Virus record (IMG/VR): IMGVR_UViG_3300044733_003647
Span: 64,001-128,000 of that record
Reading direction: 5' to 3' (one strand)
DNA: 64,000 bases
Origin: a virus
Part shown: positions 30,249 to 41,315 of the stretch, piece by piece
Position numbering within the stretch: position 1 is the stretch's first letter
How the letters are laid out: every line of letters starts with the position of its first letter
Made by a program: the position numbers and the translations under genes
Notes under the pieces: model-generated
The model's input: the letters and a program-made list of their open reading frames with translations, nothing else
The model's database searches: none
What the model was told of the DNA's origin: nothing

Positions 30249-30668
30249 ATGAATACTTTTGATAAAAATATGGAAAAAATATTTGATGTTACTCCGGTTG
30301 AAGTGCCGGAGAAACAATCATTGATACCTGTGAAAAGTGATTCTGAAGAATTGGATTTGAAACAAGACTTGACAGATGCATACGAACAATCGAAAAGTAA
30401 TCTTCAAGATATAATCGAACAAGGCAAAGATGCAATGGATGAAATCCTACAGATTGCAAAAGCAGGTCAGCATCCAAGAGCGTTCGAAGTCTATGGTACT
30501 CTACTAAAGAATATGGTAGAAGCCAATGATCGTCTATTAAAAATGCAAAAAGAAATGCGTGAGATGGACGGAAAGAAAAAAGATAATGGTGATACTAAAA
30601 TTGACAAGGCTATTTTTGTTGGTTCGACTGCTGAACTATCAAAAATTCTAAAGAATAATGGACAATAA
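30249..30668 (+). CDS. gp16: Terminase small subunit gp16
   Basis: HPRAFEVYG.LLK...AIFVGSTAELSK; lies before gp17. Confidence 0.9.
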   Translation: MNTFDKNMEKIFDVTPVEVPEKQSLIPVKSDSEELDLKQDLTDAYEQSKSNLQDIIEQGKDAMDEILQIAKAGQHPRAFEVYGTLLKNMVEANDRLLKMQKEMREMDGKKKDNGDTKIDKAIFVGSTAELSKILKNNGQ

Positions 30669-32334
30669 AGATTCTTACCGCGACAATCCGTTATTAAAGA
30701 GAGCCGGTGTACAACTAGAATATACTCAAGAACAAATCGATGAGTATATAAAATGTGCAAAAGATCCAATTTATTTCGCAAAAAATTATGTAAAGATCGT
30801 CAACGTTGATGAAGGTCTTATTAATTTTAGGATGTGGCCTTTTCAGGAGAAAATGCTCAACCTTTTTAAGGACAATCGTTTCGTAATTACAAAATGTCCT
30901 CGACAGGTTGGTAAAACCACAACAACGGTTGCATATCTATTACATGCAACATTATTCCAAGACTCTCAAAACGTTGCCGTTCTTGCCAACAAAGGCTCTC
31001 TGGCCAGAGATATTCTTGGTAAATACCAACTTGCGTATGAAAACCTACCAATGTGGTTACAACAAGGTGTCATCACATGGAATAAGGGTAACGTAGAACT
31101 GGAAAACGGTTCAAAGATTATTGCTGCATCCACATCATCAAGTGCTATCCGAGGTGGTGCATTCAACATCGTATTCTTGGATGAATTTGCGTTCGTTCCA
31201 CAAAACATTGCTACAGAATTCTTCAACTCTGTTTATCCCGTTATCTCATCCGGTAAGAAAACAAAGATCATTATTGTTTCTACGCCAAATGGTATGAATC
31301 TGTTCTACAAACTCTGGATGGATTCAATCAACAAAAAGAACGATTACGTTTCATTTGAGATTCACTGGTCAAACGTACCAGGAAGAGATGAAAAGTGGAA
31401 AGAAGAAACGATTCGTAACACTTCATTACGTCAGTTCCAACAGGAATTTGAAACTGAGTTCTTGGGTTCTTCAAACACACTGATCTCCGGTTATAAACTT
31501 CAGCAATTGGTGTACAGAGATCCAATTGCTGATCACGACATGTTGAAAATCTATGAACATCCGATCAAAGAAATCAACGGGCATCCAAAAGACAATCTGT
31601 ATGCAATTGTTGTTGATGTGTCGGAAGGTAAAAACTTGGACAGTTCTGCATTCTCTGTGATTGATATATCTCAGACACCATACAAACAGGTTGCAACGTA
31701 CAAGAGTTCATCGATTTCACCGATATTGTTCCCGACAGTCATCTATAACGCAGCAAAGTACTATAACGATGCATACGTTCTGGTAGAAATCAATAACAAC
31801 CCACAAGTTGCAGACTCACTACATGCAGATTTTGAGTATGAGAACCTATGGAAAGTATTCACGGGTAATAAGAAACCACAACAACTATCTGCCGGTTTTG
31901 CAAGAGGTGTGCAGATGGGCATTAAAATGTCTCCCCAAGTTAAAGCAATTGGTTGTTCAAACCTAAAAACTTTGATCGAAGGCGACAAACTTTTAATCAA
32001 TGACTTTGATACTTATTCCGAACTGACAACTTTTGTTCAACAGAACAATTCATTCAAAGCGGAAGAAGGTGCAAATGATGACTTAGTTATGGGTCTGGTT
32101 ATTTTTGCATGGTTAACAACACAAAAATACTTTAAAGAAATCGTTAACCATGATGTTAGAAAACAAATTCAGTTGGAAAGCATGAACCAGGTAGATGAAG
32201 AAACTTTACCTGCACCAATTATTGAAAATGGTTTAGACAACGACTTTGAAATAATGGGTGGAGATATCTGGGAAGTTGCAAATGGAGGAGAAACATATGC
32301 AAACTTCATCAGAAAGACATTAAGTGGTTTATAA
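30658..32334 (+). CDS. gp17: Terminase large subunit gp17
   Basis: PRQVGKTT Walker A, FLDEFAF Walker B, VSTPNG, NDDLVM. Confidence 0.97.
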   Translation: MDNKDSYRDNPLLKRAGVQLEYTQEQIDEYIKCAKDPIYFAKNYVKIVNVDEGLINFRMWPFQEKMLNLFKDNRFVITKCPRQVGKTTTTVAYLLHATLFQDSQNVAVLANKGSLARDILGKYQLAYENLPMWLQQGVITWNKGNVELENGSKIIAASTSSSAIRGGAFNIVFLDEFAFVPQNIATEFFNSVYPVISSGKKTKIIIVSTPNGMNLFYKLWMDSINKKNDYVSFEIHWSNVPGRDEKWKEETIRNTSLRQFQQEFETEFLGSSNTLISGYKLQQLVYRDPIADHDMLKIYEHPIKEINGHPKDNLYAIVVDVSEGKNLDSSAFSVIDISQTPYKQVATYKSSSISPILFPTVIYNAAKYYNDAYVLVEINNNPQVADSLHADFEYENLWKVFTGNKKPQQLSAGFARGVQMGIKMSPQVKAIGCSNLKTLIEGDKLLINDFDTYSELTTFVQQNNSFKAEEGANDDLVMGLVIFAWLTTQKYFKEIVNHDVRKQIQLESMNQVDEETLPAPIIENGLDNDFEIMGGDIWEVANGGETYANFIRKTLSGL

Positions 32335-32345
32335 AAACAATGTTT

Positions 32346-32353
32346 CATAAATA
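32346..32353 (+). promoter_or_regulatory. T4-type late promoter variant (CATAAATA)
   Basis: Upstream of gp18. Confidence 0.6.
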
Positions 32354-32407
32354 ACCATTATGGTATTCAACTGCCAAAAGAACAAATATTAATTCAAGGA
32401 GAATAAA

Positions 32408-34096
32408 ATGGCATTTCAAATCTCTCCAGGCGTAAATGTTTCAGAAGTAGACTTAACAACAGTAGTCCCTTCTGTACTTACAACCGCCGGTGCTTTTGTT
32501 GGAACTTTCGATTGGGGTCCAGCACAAGAAATTAAGTTGATTGACAGTGAAATCACTTTACTCAAAACTTTTGGTCAACCAAGTTCAAACTCTGCTGTAT
32601 CTTTCTTTTCAGCAGCAAACTTTTTGGCATATGGAAATAACTTAAGTGTTGTCCGTGCTGTTGGTGCAAACTGTTTCAATTCTTGCGTAACATCAGCTGC
32701 GGCCGTTAAAGTTAACAACGAATCTGCGTTCCAAGAATCTTATCTAAGCGCAAATACAAACACTTTTGGTTCTTTCATGGCCAGATTCCCTGGCGTATTA
32801 GGCAATTCTCTAAACGTTTCTGTTTGTTCAAGCAGCACACAATTCAGTACATGGGATTATAAGTCTTATTTCACATCAGCACCAGGCACATCTGATTACA
32901 CAACTTCTTTAGGTGGTTCAAATGATGAACTGCACGTTGTTGTTGTCGATGAAGATGGTCTGTTTACGGGTATCAAAGGTACCGTGTTAGAAACATTCCC
33001 ATTTGTTTCAAAAGCATCAGACGCAAAGATTAATGGTCAATCAAACTACTACAAACAAGTAATTTTTGATACATCAAGCTATGTGTATGCAGTTGCACCT
33101 GTAGATTTCTCAAACACTGTGACAACATGGGGCACAACAGCTGCAAATAAAACTTTCGCCAATGCGTTAAACACATACCAATCTTTGGGTGGCGGAAATG
33201 ATGAACTGCCATCAACTGCTAATCTGCAAACAGCGTGGGATTTATTTGGAAACAAAGACACTGTTGACATATCTCTAGTTGTTACCGGTGATGCAAGCAC
33301 AACAGTTCAACAATACATAATTGATAACGTTGTTAATGCTCGTAAAGACTGTGTTGCTTTCATTTCACCAGCAGAAACAGATGTTGTAAGTGAAACAGAT
33401 TCAACTGCAACAACAAATATTACCACATGGTTGTCAACACTGTCACGTTCTTCATCATATGTTGTTGCCGATTCTGGTTGGAAATACCAGTTCGACAAAT
33501 ACAATAACGTATATCGTTGGATTCCACTGAACGGTGATATTGCTGGTCTGTGTGTATACACCGACAACGTAACAGATCCTTGGTTCTCTCCAGCAGGTTA
33601 CAACCGTGGTGCCATCAAGAACGTTATCAAACTGGCTTGGAACCCACCAAAAACATATCGTGACACACTATATGCAGCAGGTGTAAACCCAGTTGTTTCC
33701 TTCCCAGGTCAAGGAACCATATTGTTTGGTGACAAAACACTGTTGAACAAACCTTCAGCATTTGATCGTATCAATGTGCGTAGATTGTTTATTGTTCTGG
33801 AAAAGGCAATCTCTGAGGCATCTAAGTTCTCACTGTTCGAATTGAATGATGAATTCACAAGATCACAATTTGTGTCTCTGATTACTCCATTCTTACGTGA
33901 CATTCAAGGTCGCCGTGGTATCGTTGACTTTAAAGTTGTTTGCGATGCAACAAATAATACACCACAAGTTATTGATAACAATCAATTCGTTGGTGATATT
34001 TACATTAAGCCTGCTCGTTCAATTAACTACATTCAATTGAATTTTGTTGCTGTTGCTACGGGTGTTGAGTTTAACACAGTTGTTGGTGCAGCTTAA
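32408..34096 (+). CDS. gp18: Tail sheath protein gp18
   Basis: SPGVNVSEVDLT...WFSPAGYNRG...RINVRRLF...YIKPARSINYIQLNFVA. Confidence 0.97.
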   Translation: MAFQISPGVNVSEVDLTTVVPSVLTTAGAFVGTFDWGPAQEIKLIDSEITLLKTFGQPSSNSAVSFFSAANFLAYGNNLSVVRAVGANCFNSCVTSAAAVKVNNESAFQESYLSANTNTFGSFMARFPGVLGNSLNVSVCSSSTQFSTWDYKSYFTSAPGTSDYTTSLGGSNDELHVVVVDEDGLFTGIKGTVLETFPFVSKASDAKINGQSNYYKQVIFDTSSYVYAVAPVDFSNTVTTWGTTAANKTFANALNTYQSLGGGNDELPSTANLQTAWDLFGNKDTVDISLVVTGDASTTVQQYIIDNVVNARKDCVAFISPAETDVVSETDSTATTNITTWLSTLSRSSSYVVADSGWKYQFDKYNNVYRWIPLNGDIAGLCVYTDNVTDPWFSPAGYNRGAIKNVIKLAWNPPKTYRDTLYAAGVNPVVSFPGQGTILFGDKTLLNKPSAFDRINVRRLFIVLEKAISEASKFSLFELNDEFTRSQFVSLITPFLRDIQGRRGIVDFKVVCDATNNTPQVIDNNQFVGDIYIKPARSINYIQLNFVAVATGVEFNTVVGAA

Positions 34097-34122
34097 TAAA
34101 TAAACAATAACGGGAGAAAAAA

Positions 34123-34704
34123 ATGGCATTTAATGTAGCAGAATTCAGATCAAACATGATTGGTGACGGCGCACGTGCCAATCTGTTTTCTGTAGACATG
34201 ATTCTACCAAGCTATGCACTATCTGCACAAGCTGCAACAAACAAAGTCAGATTCATGGCCAAGTCGGCACAGTTACCTGGTTCCACAATCGGAACAGTAC
34301 CTATGTTCTACTTTGGTCGTGAAATGAAATTTGCTGGTAACAGATCATTTGCAGATTGGACAATTACGATTGTTAATGATGAAGACTTCCTGATCAGAAA
34401 TGCAATGGAAAGTTGGATGAATGCAATCAACAATCACAGATCAAACACAAGAGCTGGCGTTGCACTAAGAAATGGTTCTGGTCCAGCAACAACCGTTGGT
34501 GGTTATACAACTGACGCAAATGTTGTGCAGTATGGCAAAACAGGAAATACTTTAAAGAATTATAACTTTGTTGGTATCTTCCCAATCGACATATCTGCAA
34601 TCGACTTAGACTGGGGTTCAAACGATGCTATCGAAGAATTCACAGTAACATTTGCTTATCAGTATTGGGAAACCAATTCCACTCCTCCTGGCGCAGTAGG
34701 TTAA
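34123..34704 (+). CDS. gp19: Tail tube protein gp19
   Basis: GARANLF...AQLPGS...FAGNRSFADWTITIVNDEDF...IEEFTVTFAYQYW. Confidence 0.95.
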   Translation: MAFNVAEFRSNMIGDGARANLFSVDMILPSYALSAQAATNKVRFMAKSAQLPGSTIGTVPMFYFGREMKFAGNRSFADWTITIVNDEDFLIRNAMESWMNAINNHRSNTRAGVALRNGSGPATTVGGYTTDANVVQYGKTGNTLKNYNFVGIFPIDISAIDLDWGSNDAIEEFTVTFAYQYWETNSTPPGAVG

Positions 34705-34727
34705 AGTGGTTAAATATTGATTTAAAC

Positions 34728-34749
34728 GGAAGAGCTGCAAAGCTCTTCC
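34728..34749 (+). terminator. Hairpin after gp19 (terminator or processing signal)
   Basis: GGAAGAGCT-GCAA-AGCTCTTCC; weak U-tract. Confidence 0.5.
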
Positions 34750-34789
34750 ACTTATGATTAGTTGATTTTATTATTAATTTTTAAAAAAC

Positions 34790-36517
34790 ATGGCCGATAC
34801 AAATAAATTTTCACTTTTTGGTTTTACAATCTCACGTGATAAGAGAGAACAGCAAGATGTTCTCCAGCAATCTTTTGCGCCTCCGGCAGCAGATGATGGC
34901 GCATTAACTATTTCATCAGCCGCTTATTATGGTACATATGTTGACTTAGACGGTACCGCAAAGAACGAAGTAGAACTGATTTCTAGATATCGCGAAATGT
35001 CAATGCAACCAGAAATCGAATCTGCGATTGATGACATAGTTAATGAAGCTATTTGCCAAGACGATGATGGCAAAATTATCAATATCGTTTTAGACAACCT
35101 AAAACAACCCGATAGAATCAAAAAAGCTTTAAAAGAAGAGTTCAACATCATTCTTAAATTGTTGAACTACAACAATATGGCTCACGATATCTTCCGTAGA
35201 TATTATGTTGATGGTAGAATGTATTACCACATCATCATTGATAAAGAAAATCCTGCTGAAGGTATTAAAGAATTAAGATATATTGATCCACGTAAACTAC
35301 GCAAGGTTCGTGAAATCAAAAAACAAAAGGATGAAAGAACTGGTGCAGAGATAATGGCCACGGTCAATGAGTATTATCTCTATAATGACAAGGTTGTCAC
35401 TGGAAGTTCTTCCAACTATGGACCTGTTGGTGTTCGTATCACGACAGACTCTATTATCTCCGTAGTCTCAGGACTCATGGATTCACGCCGTGCAGTTGTT
35501 TTAAGTTACCTACACAAGGCAATTAAACCATTGAACCAGTTGCGTATGATTGAAGACGCAACGGTTATCTACCGTATCTCTAGAGCGCCAGAACGCCGTA
35601 TCTTCTATATTGACGTAGGCAATTTACCAAAGTTAAAAGCAGAACAATACCTGCGTGACATTATGGTCAAATACAAAAACAAACTTGTGTATGACGCAAA
35701 CACTGGTGAAATCCGTGACGACAGAAAATTCTTATCCATGATGGAAGACTTCTGGTTGCCACGTAGAGAAGGTGGTAAGGGTACAGAAATCACTACACTA
35801 CCAGGCGGTCAAAACCTGGGTGAACTGGAAGACGTTAAGTATTTCCAGAAAAAACTATACGGTGCTTTGAACGTTCCAGTTTCTAGATTGGAAACAAACC
35901 AGAGTTTTTCTCTAGGTCGTTCATCAGAAATTACACGTGATGAAATTAAGTTCTCTAAGTTTGTTGCACGTATGCGTAACAAGTTTTCGGATGTTTTTGA
36001 CCAAGCAATGCGTGTTCAGTGCGTATTAAAAGGTATTTGTACCGCTGAAGAGTGGGATACTTTCAAAGAAAACATCTATTTCGATTTCATCCAAGACAAT
36101 AACTTCACAGAACTCAAAGATGCAGAGTTAATGAGAGAAAGACTTTCGTTACTGCAATCTGTGGATCCTTATACAGGTCGTTACTTCTCACAGAAGTGGA
36201 TTCAACAAAACGTGTTGCGTCTGACAGATGATGAAATTAAAGACATGCAAGATCAAATCGATCTGGAAAAAGAACAAGGTTTAGGATTACCAGTTGAGGT
36301 AACAAACTCAGTTGCACAACAGCAAATGGCAGGTGACATTCAAACGCAACAGCAGTTGCAAATGGCACAAGGTCAAGCTGAGATACAACAAGATATGCAA
36401 CCACAAGAGCAAACGCCTGTGGCAAATAATTCAAGTGACAAAAAGAAACAAACCAATTCTAGAGCCGACTTGAGTTTAGAAAATACTACATTTACTAAAT
36501 TGAAACGTATATTATAA
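34790..36517 (+). CDS. gp20: Portal protein gp20
   Basis: YRISRAPERRIFYIDVGNLPK.KAEQYL...EDFWLPRREGGKGTEITTLPGG. Confidence 0.97.
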   Translation: MADTNKFSLFGFTISRDKREQQDVLQQSFAPPAADDGALTISSAAYYGTYVDLDGTAKNEVELISRYREMSMQPEIESAIDDIVNEAICQDDDGKIINIVLDNLKQPDRIKKALKEEFNIILKLLNYNNMAHDIFRRYYVDGRMYYHIIIDKENPAEGIKELRYIDPRKLRKVREIKKQKDERTGAEIMATVNEYYLYNDKVVTGSSSNYGPVGVRITTDSIISVVSGLMDSRRAVVLSYLHKAIKPLNQLRMIEDATVIYRISRAPERRIFYIDVGNLPKLKAEQYLRDIMVKYKNKLVYDANTGEIRDDRKFLSMMEDFWLPRREGGKGTEITTLPGGQNLGELEDVKYFQKKLYGALNVPVSRLETNQSFSLGRSSEITRDEIKFSKFVARMRNKFSDVFDQAMRVQCVLKGICTAEEWDTFKENIYFDFIQDNNFTELKDAELMRERLSLLQSVDPYTGRYFSQKWIQQNVLRLTDDEIKDMQDQIDLEKEQGLGLPVEVTNSVAQQQMAGDIQTQQQLQMAQGQAEIQQDMQPQEQTPVANNSSDKKKQTNSRADLSLENTTFTKLKRIL

Positions 36518-36527
36518 GGAGATAGAG

Positions 36528-36719
36528 ATGAGCGAAGTAACAAGAAACATAGTTGATTTGGCAGATGAAGGTGATGCAAAGAATATGCGTGATGCATTGT
36601 ATGCAGCCATTCAAGATAGAGTAATGGCACATATAGATTCTCACAAACAGAGTATTGCAAAAACATTAATTGCACCAGAAGAATCGGAAGATTCAACTGA
36701 TGCGGTTGAAAACGCTTAA
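36528..36719 (+). CDS. Small acidic prohead core protein (gp67-like position)
   Basis: 63-aa ORF directly after the portal gene with AGGAG SD. Confidence 0.55.
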   Translation: MSEVTRNIVDLADEGDAKNMRDALYAAIQDRVMAHIDSHKQSIAKTLIAPEESEDSTDAVENA

Positions 36720-36747
36720 ATACCTCAAATAATACTAGGGATAAAAA

Positions 36748-37293
36748 ATGGCCAACAAATATTCTTATCAAGTACTAAAGGACGACACACAATTTGCAGT
36801 CATCAAACTGACAGCAGATTTTGACGGTACTGGCCAAGAGAACAATACAGCAAGAATTGCCGCAAACACTCTTTATGGTGCTTTGGCAACAAACGGTTTC
36901 TTAGTTGCAAATTCTCAAGGCGGCGCAGCAAACACAACACTATCATATTACGGTTTAAATGTGAATCGTATTTGGTATGATACAGATGGAGCAACAGGTG
37001 ATGTTCAATTGTATTGGTCAAATACCGCAAGTGCATTAGCTAATGCAGGTGTACCAATCATGTTCTTACAGGGTAATGGTGAATATGATGCCGGTGGAAA
37101 CTGGATCACTATCAGAAATCCCAATAGAACATCATTTAACAATGGGGACATTGGCATAGTTACAAGAGGTCAAGTTGCAAATTCAAGTTACACAATTATT
37201 CTAGAATTGCGTAAAGAAAACGAATACTACCAGCGCGGTCAGTTCAACGATCCTGCTGCATTCAACTACGGCGAATATTCGATCCGTCCATAA
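36748..37293 (+). CDS. Hypothetical head-region protein
   Basis: 181-aa ORF between gp20 and gp21. Confidence 0.7.
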   Translation: MANKYSYQVLKDDTQFAVIKLTADFDGTGQENNTARIAANTLYGALATNGFLVANSQGGAANTTLSYYGLNVNRIWYDTDGATGDVQLYWSNTASALANAGVPIMFLQGNGEYDAGGNWITIRNPNRTSFNNGDIGIVTRGQVANSSYTIILELRKENEYYQRGQFNDPAAFNYGEYSIRP

Positions 37294-37305
37294 TAAGGTA
37301 ATAAA

Positions 37306-37950
37306 ATGAAACTTATTAAAGAAATTACCGAGTCCGTAAATTACTTAACGGAAGAAAAAGATGGAAAGAAAACGCTTTTCATTGAGGGTCCTTTCCTCGT
37401 TTCCGAAAGAACAAACAAAAATGGACGCATGTATAAAGAAGAAACTATGCGTAAAGAAGTTTCTCGTTATACAGAAGAATACATCAATAAAAATCGTGCC
37501 TTCGGTGAACTGGGGCATCCAGATACACCTTCAATCAATCTCGACCGTGTCTCTCACTTAATTGTGGGTCTACGTCAAGAAGGAAATGATTGGATAGGCA
37601 AAGCTAAAATTCTTGAAACACCAATGGGTAACATTGCAAAGAATCTGATCGAAGGCGGCGCACAACTAGGTGTGTCTTCTCGCGGTATGGGTTCTCTGAA
37701 AGCTGTCAATGGTGTTAACATAGTTCAAGATGACTTTCATCTGGCCACAGCGGCAGATATTGTAGCAGATCCTTCTGCGCCTGGAGCTTTTGTTCAAGGT
37801 ATTATGGAAGGTAAAGAATGGGTGTTCGTTAACGGAATTTGGACTGAACAACATATCGAAGAGTCGAAAAAACTAATTCAAAAAGTTTCTCGTAAAGATG
37901 TTGAAAAAGTAAGTTTACAAATTTTCGAAAACTTCATCAAAAAACTTTAA
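37306..37950 (+). CDS. gp21: Prohead protease gp21
   Basis: AFGELGHP...VSH...GVSSRGMGS...DIVADPSAPGA. Confidence 0.95.
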   Translation: MKLIKEITESVNYLTEEKDGKKTLFIEGPFLVSERTNKNGRMYKEETMRKEVSRYTEEYINKNRAFGELGHPDTPSINLDRVSHLIVGLRQEGNDWIGKAKILETPMGNIAKNLIEGGAQLGVSSRGMGSLKAVNGVNIVQDDFHLATAADIVADPSAPGAFVQGIMEGKEWVFVNGIWTEQHIEESKKLIQKVSRKDVEKVSLQIFENFIKKL

Positions 37951-37951
37951 T

Positions 37952-37959
37952 TATAAATA
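37952..37959 (+). promoter_or_regulatory. T4 late promoter TATAAATA
   Basis: Exact gp55 consensus upstream of gp22/gp23. Confidence 0.8.
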
Positions 37960-37988
37960 TCCAATATAAAATCAAGGAGATTCTCAAA

Positions 37989-39239
37989 ATGGGAAAATTT
38001 AATCTGACAGAAGCCGCTAAAGACATTTTGCAAGGCAACGTATCTGCAAAACACGGTGGCCAAGATGCACCACAAAAACTAAGTGGCGCAGTTGCTTATG
38101 GTACAAAAGAAGCTGGCGAAGTTGCTGGTGTCGTTGACAAACAAGACGACGATAAGCCAGATTATACAAAAGGCACACCAAGTGCTACACCTCCTGGTGC
38201 TACACCTCCTGTCGGTGCTCAGCCTGGTGGCAAGTTGTCTGGCCCAGCAGAAACAGAAGGCCGTAAAGATTTGGCACAAACTGTTCAAGCAGATGCCACA
38301 GAATACGCTTCAATCCGTGACCGCGTAAAAGCTCGTCTGGCTACACAAACAATGCAATCAAATCCTGGCGCAGTTTTTCATGCCGTTCCAGAAGAAACAG
38401 AAGTTGATTCTGAAGTTATTGCAGAAGCCGAAAAAGAAGGCCATGAGGACGAAGCTCAAGACAAAGCAATGATCAAGAAGATGATGAAGAAACAAAAAAT
38501 GAAAGAAGACATGGACGCTGACGTTGATGCACTTCTTTCTGGTGAAAATCTCTCTGAAGAATTCAAAGAGAAAGCACAAACAATTTTTGAAGCTGCCGTT
38601 ATTGCACGTTCACACGCAATCGTTGAAGAAGTTGAAGAAGCTCTGTACGAAGAGTTCGAACTGGCTGTTGAAGAAGTCAAAGATGAACTGGCAACAAAGC
38701 TTGATGATTACATCAACTATATGGCAGAAGAGTGGGTCAAAGAGAACCAACTGGCAATCGAAAAAGGTCTGCGCGCCGAAATCGTTGAAGATTTCATCCG
38801 TGGATTACACGACCTGTTCAAAGAACACTATATCGATATTCCAGAAGAAAAAGTGGATGTTGTCGAAGAACTGACAAACAAAGTTGAAGAACTTGAAGCC
38901 ACAATCAGCGAACAGATCGAATCTGCTGTTCAGTTGAAGAAGGAATTAAACGAACACAAAAAGAATGAGGCTATACATGCAGTATGTGAGGGCCTAACGC
39001 AGACTCAAGTGGAAAAAATGAAATCACTCGCAGAGAGTGTTGACTTTACCACTGACGAAGATTTCGCGGACAAACTAGTTACACTGAGACAATCATATTT
39101 CAGTGCATCAGTTAAAACTGCGGACAGTTCTGCTCTGAATGAAGCGGTGGAGATCGAGGAAGAAAAGAAGGAACAACCTTCGGCCGATCCAATGATCAAC
39201 ATGTATGCAAAAACAATCTCAAAAACATTGGCTAAATAA
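37989..39239 (+). CDS. gp22: Prohead scaffold gp22
   Basis: LSEEFKEKAQTIFEAAV...LDDYINY.AEEW..EN..AIE.GLR. Confidence 0.92.
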   Translation: MGKFNLTEAAKDILQGNVSAKHGGQDAPQKLSGAVAYGTKEAGEVAGVVDKQDDDKPDYTKGTPSATPPGATPPVGAQPGGKLSGPAETEGRKDLAQTVQADATEYASIRDRVKARLATQTMQSNPGAVFHAVPEETEVDSEVIAEAEKEGHEDEAQDKAMIKKMMKKQKMKEDMDADVDALLSGENLSEEFKEKAQTIFEAAVIARSHAIVEEVEEALYEEFELAVEEVKDELATKLDDYINYMAEEWVKENQLAIEKGLRAEIVEDFIRGLHDLFKEHYIDIPEEKVDVVEELTNKVEELEATISEQIESAVQLKKELNEHKKNEAIHAVCEGLTQTQVEKMKSLAESVDFTTDEDFADKLVTLRQSYFSASVKTADSSALNEAVEIEEEKKEQPSADPMINMYAKTISKTLAK

Positions 39240-39279
39240 ATAAAATTTACCAATATTAGAAACTCACAAGGAGAAATCA

Positions 39280-40626
39280 ATGTTTCTATCTGAAGAATTA
39301 CAAAAGAAATGGACTCCTGTTCTGGAACACCCAGAACTGGAAAAAATTACAGATCCATATAAGAAAGCCGTTACTGCTGTAGTGTTGGAAAACCAACAAC
39401 AAGCAATGAAGGAATCTGCACAACAACTGAATGAAACAACATACTCAGCTGCGCCAACAAACGTAACTGGTGGTGTTTCAAACTATGACCCAATCTTAAT
39501 CAGCTTGGTTCGTCGTGCTCTGCCTAACCTGATTGCTTATGACGTTGCTGGCGTTCAGCCAATGACAGGTCCTACAGGCCTGATCTTCGCAATGCGTGCT
39601 CGTTACGACACACAATCTGGCGGTCCTTCTAATACAAACGAAGCCTTCTTCAACGAAGCCAACACCATTTTCTCTGGTGCTGGTTCTTCTACTAACCTGT
39701 ACGGCTTCCGTGGTAACAACACAACAGACGTTAGAACAAACTCTGTTGCAGACTTTACTGCTAACAGCTACACAACCGGTATCGGCATGACAACAACACG
39801 TGCTGAAGGCCTGGGTGCAGATACAGACACAGGTATGTTCAACCAGATGGCATTCAGCATTGAGAAAGTTACTGTAACTGCTCAATCACGTGCTCTGAAG
39901 GCTGAGTATTCTCTGGAACTGGCACAAGACCTGAAAGCAGTTCATGGTCTGGATGCTGAAACAGAACTGTCTAACATTCTGTCTACAGAGATTCTTGCTG
40001 AAATCAACCGCGAAGTTATTCGTACAATCTACACATGCGCTGTTAACGGTGCTCAGTACGGTACAACAACCGCTGGCGTGTTCGACTTAGACACAGACTC
40101 TAACGGTCGTTGGTCTGTTGAGCGTTTCAAAGGTCTGATTTTCCAAATCGAACGTGATGCTAACGTTATCGCTAAGCAGACTCGTCGTGGAAAAGGTAAC
40201 GTTCTGATCGTTTCTTCAGACGTTGCTTCTGCTATGGCTATGGCTGGTGTTCTGCAATATACACCTGCTCTGCAAGCTGACCTGCAAGTTGACGACACAG
40301 GTAACACCTTCGCTGGTCTGTTACATGGTCGTATCAAGGTCTACATCGACCCATACTTCGGTGGATACACATCTAACCAAGAATTGGTCACAGTTGGTTA
40401 TAAGGGTACTTCTCCTTATGACGCAGGCTTGTTCTACTGCCCATACGTTCCTCTGCAAATGGTTCGTGCAGTTGACCAGTACACATTCCAACCAAAGATT
40501 GGATTCAAGACACGTTACGGCATGGTTGCAAACCCATTCGCAACAGGTCTGACAACTGGCAATGGTGCTCTGAACGCACGTAGCAACGTTTACTACAGAA
40601 TCTTCCAAGTTAAGAACCTGATGTAA
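39280..40626 (+). CDS. gp23: Major capsid protein gp23
   Basis: GVQPMTGPTGLIFAMR...SRALKAEYSLELAQDLKAVHGLDAE...FQPKIGFKTRYG. Confidence 0.98.
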   Translation: MFLSEELQKKWTPVLEHPELEKITDPYKKAVTAVVLENQQQAMKESAQQLNETTYSAAPTNVTGGVSNYDPILISLVRRALPNLIAYDVAGVQPMTGPTGLIFAMRARYDTQSGGPSNTNEAFFNEANTIFSGAGSSTNLYGFRGNNTTDVRTNSVADFTANSYTTGIGMTTTRAEGLGADTDTGMFNQMAFSIEKVTVTAQSRALKAEYSLELAQDLKAVHGLDAETELSNILSTEILAEINREVIRTIYTCAVNGAQYGTTTAGVFDLDTDSNGRWSVERFKGLIFQIERDANVIAKQTRRGKGNVLIVSSDVASAMAMAGVLQYTPALQADLQVDDTGNTFAGLLHGRIKVYIDPYFGGYTSNQELVTVGYKGTSPYDAGLFYCPYVPLQMVRAVDQYTFQPKIGFKTRYGMVANPFATGLTTGNGALNARSNVYYRIFQVKNLM

Positions 40627-40656
40627 TCGGTAAGTCACCGTTAAGAGTGACACTTT

Positions 40657-40686
40657 AAAGGGACCAAGAAATTGGTCCCTTTTTTT
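40657..40686 (+). terminator. Intrinsic terminator after gp23
   Basis: AAAGGGACCAA-GAAA-TTGGTCCCTTTTTTT. Confidence 0.9.
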
Positions 40687-40717
40687 ATGGCTCCTAAATA
40701 CCTACAAGGAGATTTAA

Positions 40718-41230
40718 ATGACCGCACTGAACAGAAATCCAGAAAATACAAATCTATTACAACCAACAAAGTTTTTGTTGACGTTCAGTAGAATTGCTAC
40801 GACACAATATTTTTGTCAGACAATTAGTATACCAAGTATTTCTTTGGGTGAAGTGGACAGAGTTACACCGTTTCTGGACATGTATTCTCCTGGTACAAAA
40901 CTAAAATATGATCCATTGGACATTTCTTTCATAATAGATGAAGATTTGCAATCCTGGAAAAACTTATATGACTGGTTCATTTCAATTGCCGATCCGGAAG
41001 GTTTTGGTGGAAGAACAGCAAATCGTGAACTTCAACAACAAAAATATTTTTCTGATGCAACGTTGACTGTACTAAGTGCTCTGAATAATCCAATTTTAAG
41101 AATTGATTTTACAAATGTATTTCCATTAACCATGTCGAGTATTGATTTTGATACCAGATTATCAGCCGACACTGTGGTTACATGTAATGCAACTTTTAGG
41201 TATCAATCATATAAGTACTTGACAATTTAA
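40718..41230 (+). CDS. gp3: Tail tube terminator gp3
   Basis: NLLQPTKF...YFCQ..SIP...PGTKLKYDPL.ISFIIDEDLQSW..LYDW...SDATL. Confidence 0.85.
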   Translation: MTALNRNPENTNLLQPTKFLLTFSRIATTQYFCQTISIPSISLGEVDRVTPFLDMYSPGTKLKYDPLDISFIIDEDLQSWKNLYDWFISIADPEGFGGRTANRELQQQKYFSDATLTVLSALNNPILRIDFTNVFPLTMSSIDFDTRLSADTVVTCNATFRYQSYKYLTI

Positions 41231-41247
41231 CTGATATCCTTTATAAT
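41219..41247 (+). promoter_or_regulatory. Sigma70-consensus promoter for uvsY
   Basis: TTGACA-N17-TATAAT. Confidence 0.8.
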
Positions 41248-41315
41248 GTTTTGAAACAATTTATTTAACGTAAGTTGTTGTCCTGTATAATAAAAACTGA
41301 ATTTGTGAAACGATT